A DNA stretch of 63,804 nucleotides, filler included, from Hyphochytrium catenoides (taxonomy: Eukaryota; Protista; Hyphochytriomycota): assembly GCA_900088475.1 (NCBI GenBank). It is 9 parts of 9 records of this genome, joined end to end, with 100 filler letters (N's around TTAATTAATTAA, not from the genome) between each part and the next. Parts side by side here need not be neighbours in the genome. Positions count along the whole stretch, not along the records: positions 60,790 to 62,696 come from FLMG01001128.1; positions 62,797 to 63,804 come from FLMG01004202.1; 7 more parts are not named here. One strand, written 5' to 3'. Of this stretch, positions 62,328-63,804 are shown piece after piece; position 1 is the stretch's first letter; every line of letters starts with the position of its first letter. Below the pieces are notes generated by a model, which was not told the DNA's origin, made no database searches, and saw only the letters and a list, made by a program, of their open reading frames with translations. Made by a program: the position numbers and the translations under genes.

Positions 62328-62929
62328 TTCTCCGTCCTGTAGCCTTCCTTGTATCTTGCGGGAAGCTAGAGATGGAGGAGACGTCTTTCTCTTTTTCTAT
62401 TTGCCTCCCCTGTCCCCCTCTCTCTTCCTAGACGCTAAAGAGCATGAAGAGCTCAGGTTACAGGCAGCAGCTTAGTGATGGCAGCACCAAGATCTAGCGA
62501 AGGATGGCGGCGAGCTGGATGGAAGACGGTGATATGAAGAGCCAGTAAGGAAGAAGAAAACAATCCTGAGAGGAGATAGTGGGACAGACACACAGAGAGT
62601 GAGAGAGAGAGAGATAATGAAAGCGCGAGAGAGAGAATGAGAAAGAGAGAGAGCGAGAGAGAGACAGAGAGAGAGAGAGACAGAGAGAGAGGAGAGNNNN
62701 NNNNNNNNNNNNNNNNNNNNNNNNNNNNNNNNNNNNNNNNTTAATTAATTAANNNNNNNNNNNNNNNNNNNNNNNNNNNNNNNNNNNNNNNNNNNNAGTT
62801 CTTCATCTTTCTTCTCTTCTCTATCGTTCTCTCTCCTCTCTGATGCTGTCTCACACGTTCCTGCTTCCCTCATTTTTCTCGCACTTCTCTCCCTCTCTCC
62901 TCTTCCTCTCTCTCCTCTCTCTCTCGCCC

Positions 62930-63140
62930 TCCTAACCCTAACGCTAAGCAGGCATAGGAGCCTGGTTGCAAGCACTACCTATGATTGTTGGCAAGCCTTT
63001 TGATGCTTGCGCAGCAGCCCTTTTGTCGGCGTCTGCACTCCTCTTCTTTTTCTTGTTTCTCTCTCTCTCTCTTACTCTCCCCTCTCCTCTCCCTCTTTCT
63101 CTCCGTCTCGCCTTTTCATTATCTCTTTTCTCTCTTCTAC
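62930..63140 (-). repeat. Dispersed repeat copy 2, ending in GCTTAGCGTTAGGGTTAGG
   Basis: Homologous to 35655-35880. Confidence 0.88.
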
Positions 63141-63599
63141 TCTTGATATACACCTGCATCTAAGGCGGCCAAACTGGAAGGAAATCTTTAGCCAAGCGTC
63201 CTTCCTGACCCTGGACCAGGTTGGTGCTCTGTAAGGAGGGAGCACTGATCCTAGGCATAGGGGTTGAACGGAAGCGGCAGAGTCCATAAGATCTCGTCCT
63301 ACGTGTTCTTTAACTTATTCTTTACTGAAGAATGAGACGGTTCACTTCGTTGAGCCGGGACTGACGGTGGTAAGGACGGGCTGCTCAATATTTTCGCCTT
63401 GGACATCATTATTGGAGAGAGATCAAATGCTAACATACGATGGAGAGACCATATGGTAGAAAGCTCGATCACATGTCTTCTCCAATAACGATGCCGTCGA
63501 AATTAGGAGCGAAGTTGGCCTGGTCTAAAGGAACTGGGAGAAAAAATCCTCGCTGCACTTAAAACCCCGCTCTGCATCTGTAGCGTGCAAACTGCCACC

Positions 63600-63804
63600 A
63601 CTATCAACCGTGCCAAGGGCGAAGGAGTCCAAACGGTCACTAGGACTGACGCAAATAGACGGGATTCCAATATTCCAACCCAAGAAGAAGGTAGTGCCTC
63701 TCCCGTTTAGTAAGTGATGATCCTAATAAGCGCTCTCGTTGACACGCCATCCGCGGCTTGGCTCTCCAGCGGAACAAAGTTCATCCCTTGTTGTCTACAG
63801 CCGG
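63600..63804 (-). mobile_element. Possible decayed RLE endonuclease C-terminus of a second CRE-like family
   Basis: GCRQQGMNFVPLESQAADG resembles CRAVGLQFVPLVWESFGG. A YW..SRLFASVL-like segment follows after a frameshift. Confidence 0.35.

Noticed and set aside
21478-62796. Recurrent palindrome TTAATTAATTAA inside N-runs
   Set aside because: It always sits inside 100-nt N gaps and places stops in all six frames, so it is an assembly spacer. ORFs running into N-runs are unreliable.
1-63804. Alternative genetic code suggested by frequent TAG/CTAG
   Set aside because: Conserved genes have no internal stops once spliced, and they end in TAG, TGA and TAA.

Overview
Eukaryotic nuclear DNA from a gapped draft scaffold (12 N-gaps, 8 with an artificial TTAATTAATTAA linker). 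It uses the standard code and GT-AG introns and is rich in (CT/AG)n tracts. Gene content (C-x4-C-x9-C-x2-H repeat protein, 7TM-RGS, YneE-type bestrophin) suggests a protist, possibly a stramenopile; this is inference only. Genes spliced by hand: a TTLL4/5-like tubulin glutamylase, a phospholipase B-like Ntn hydrolase, two identical tRNA-Glu(CTC), NSE3/MAGE, a METTL21-like methyltransferase, a 7TM-RGS receptor with signal peptide and mucin-like stalk, a WRKY19-like zinc-finger protein, a bestrophin, an S1 serine protease and a PH-domain/acidic protein. Main leads: (1) a three-member membrane-protein family sharing an N-terminal helical motif I do not recognise, with one member needing a +1 shift across a window containing a Ty1-like CTT-AGG; (2) clustered 3' ends of CRE-like RLE non-LTR retrotransposons, plus a dispersed repeat ending in a telomere-like TTAGGG; (3) a large inverted duplication built from a decayed 12-bp repeat; (4) (TACAAG)n arrays upstream of two genes. 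No database searches were run; all family calls come from motif recognition.
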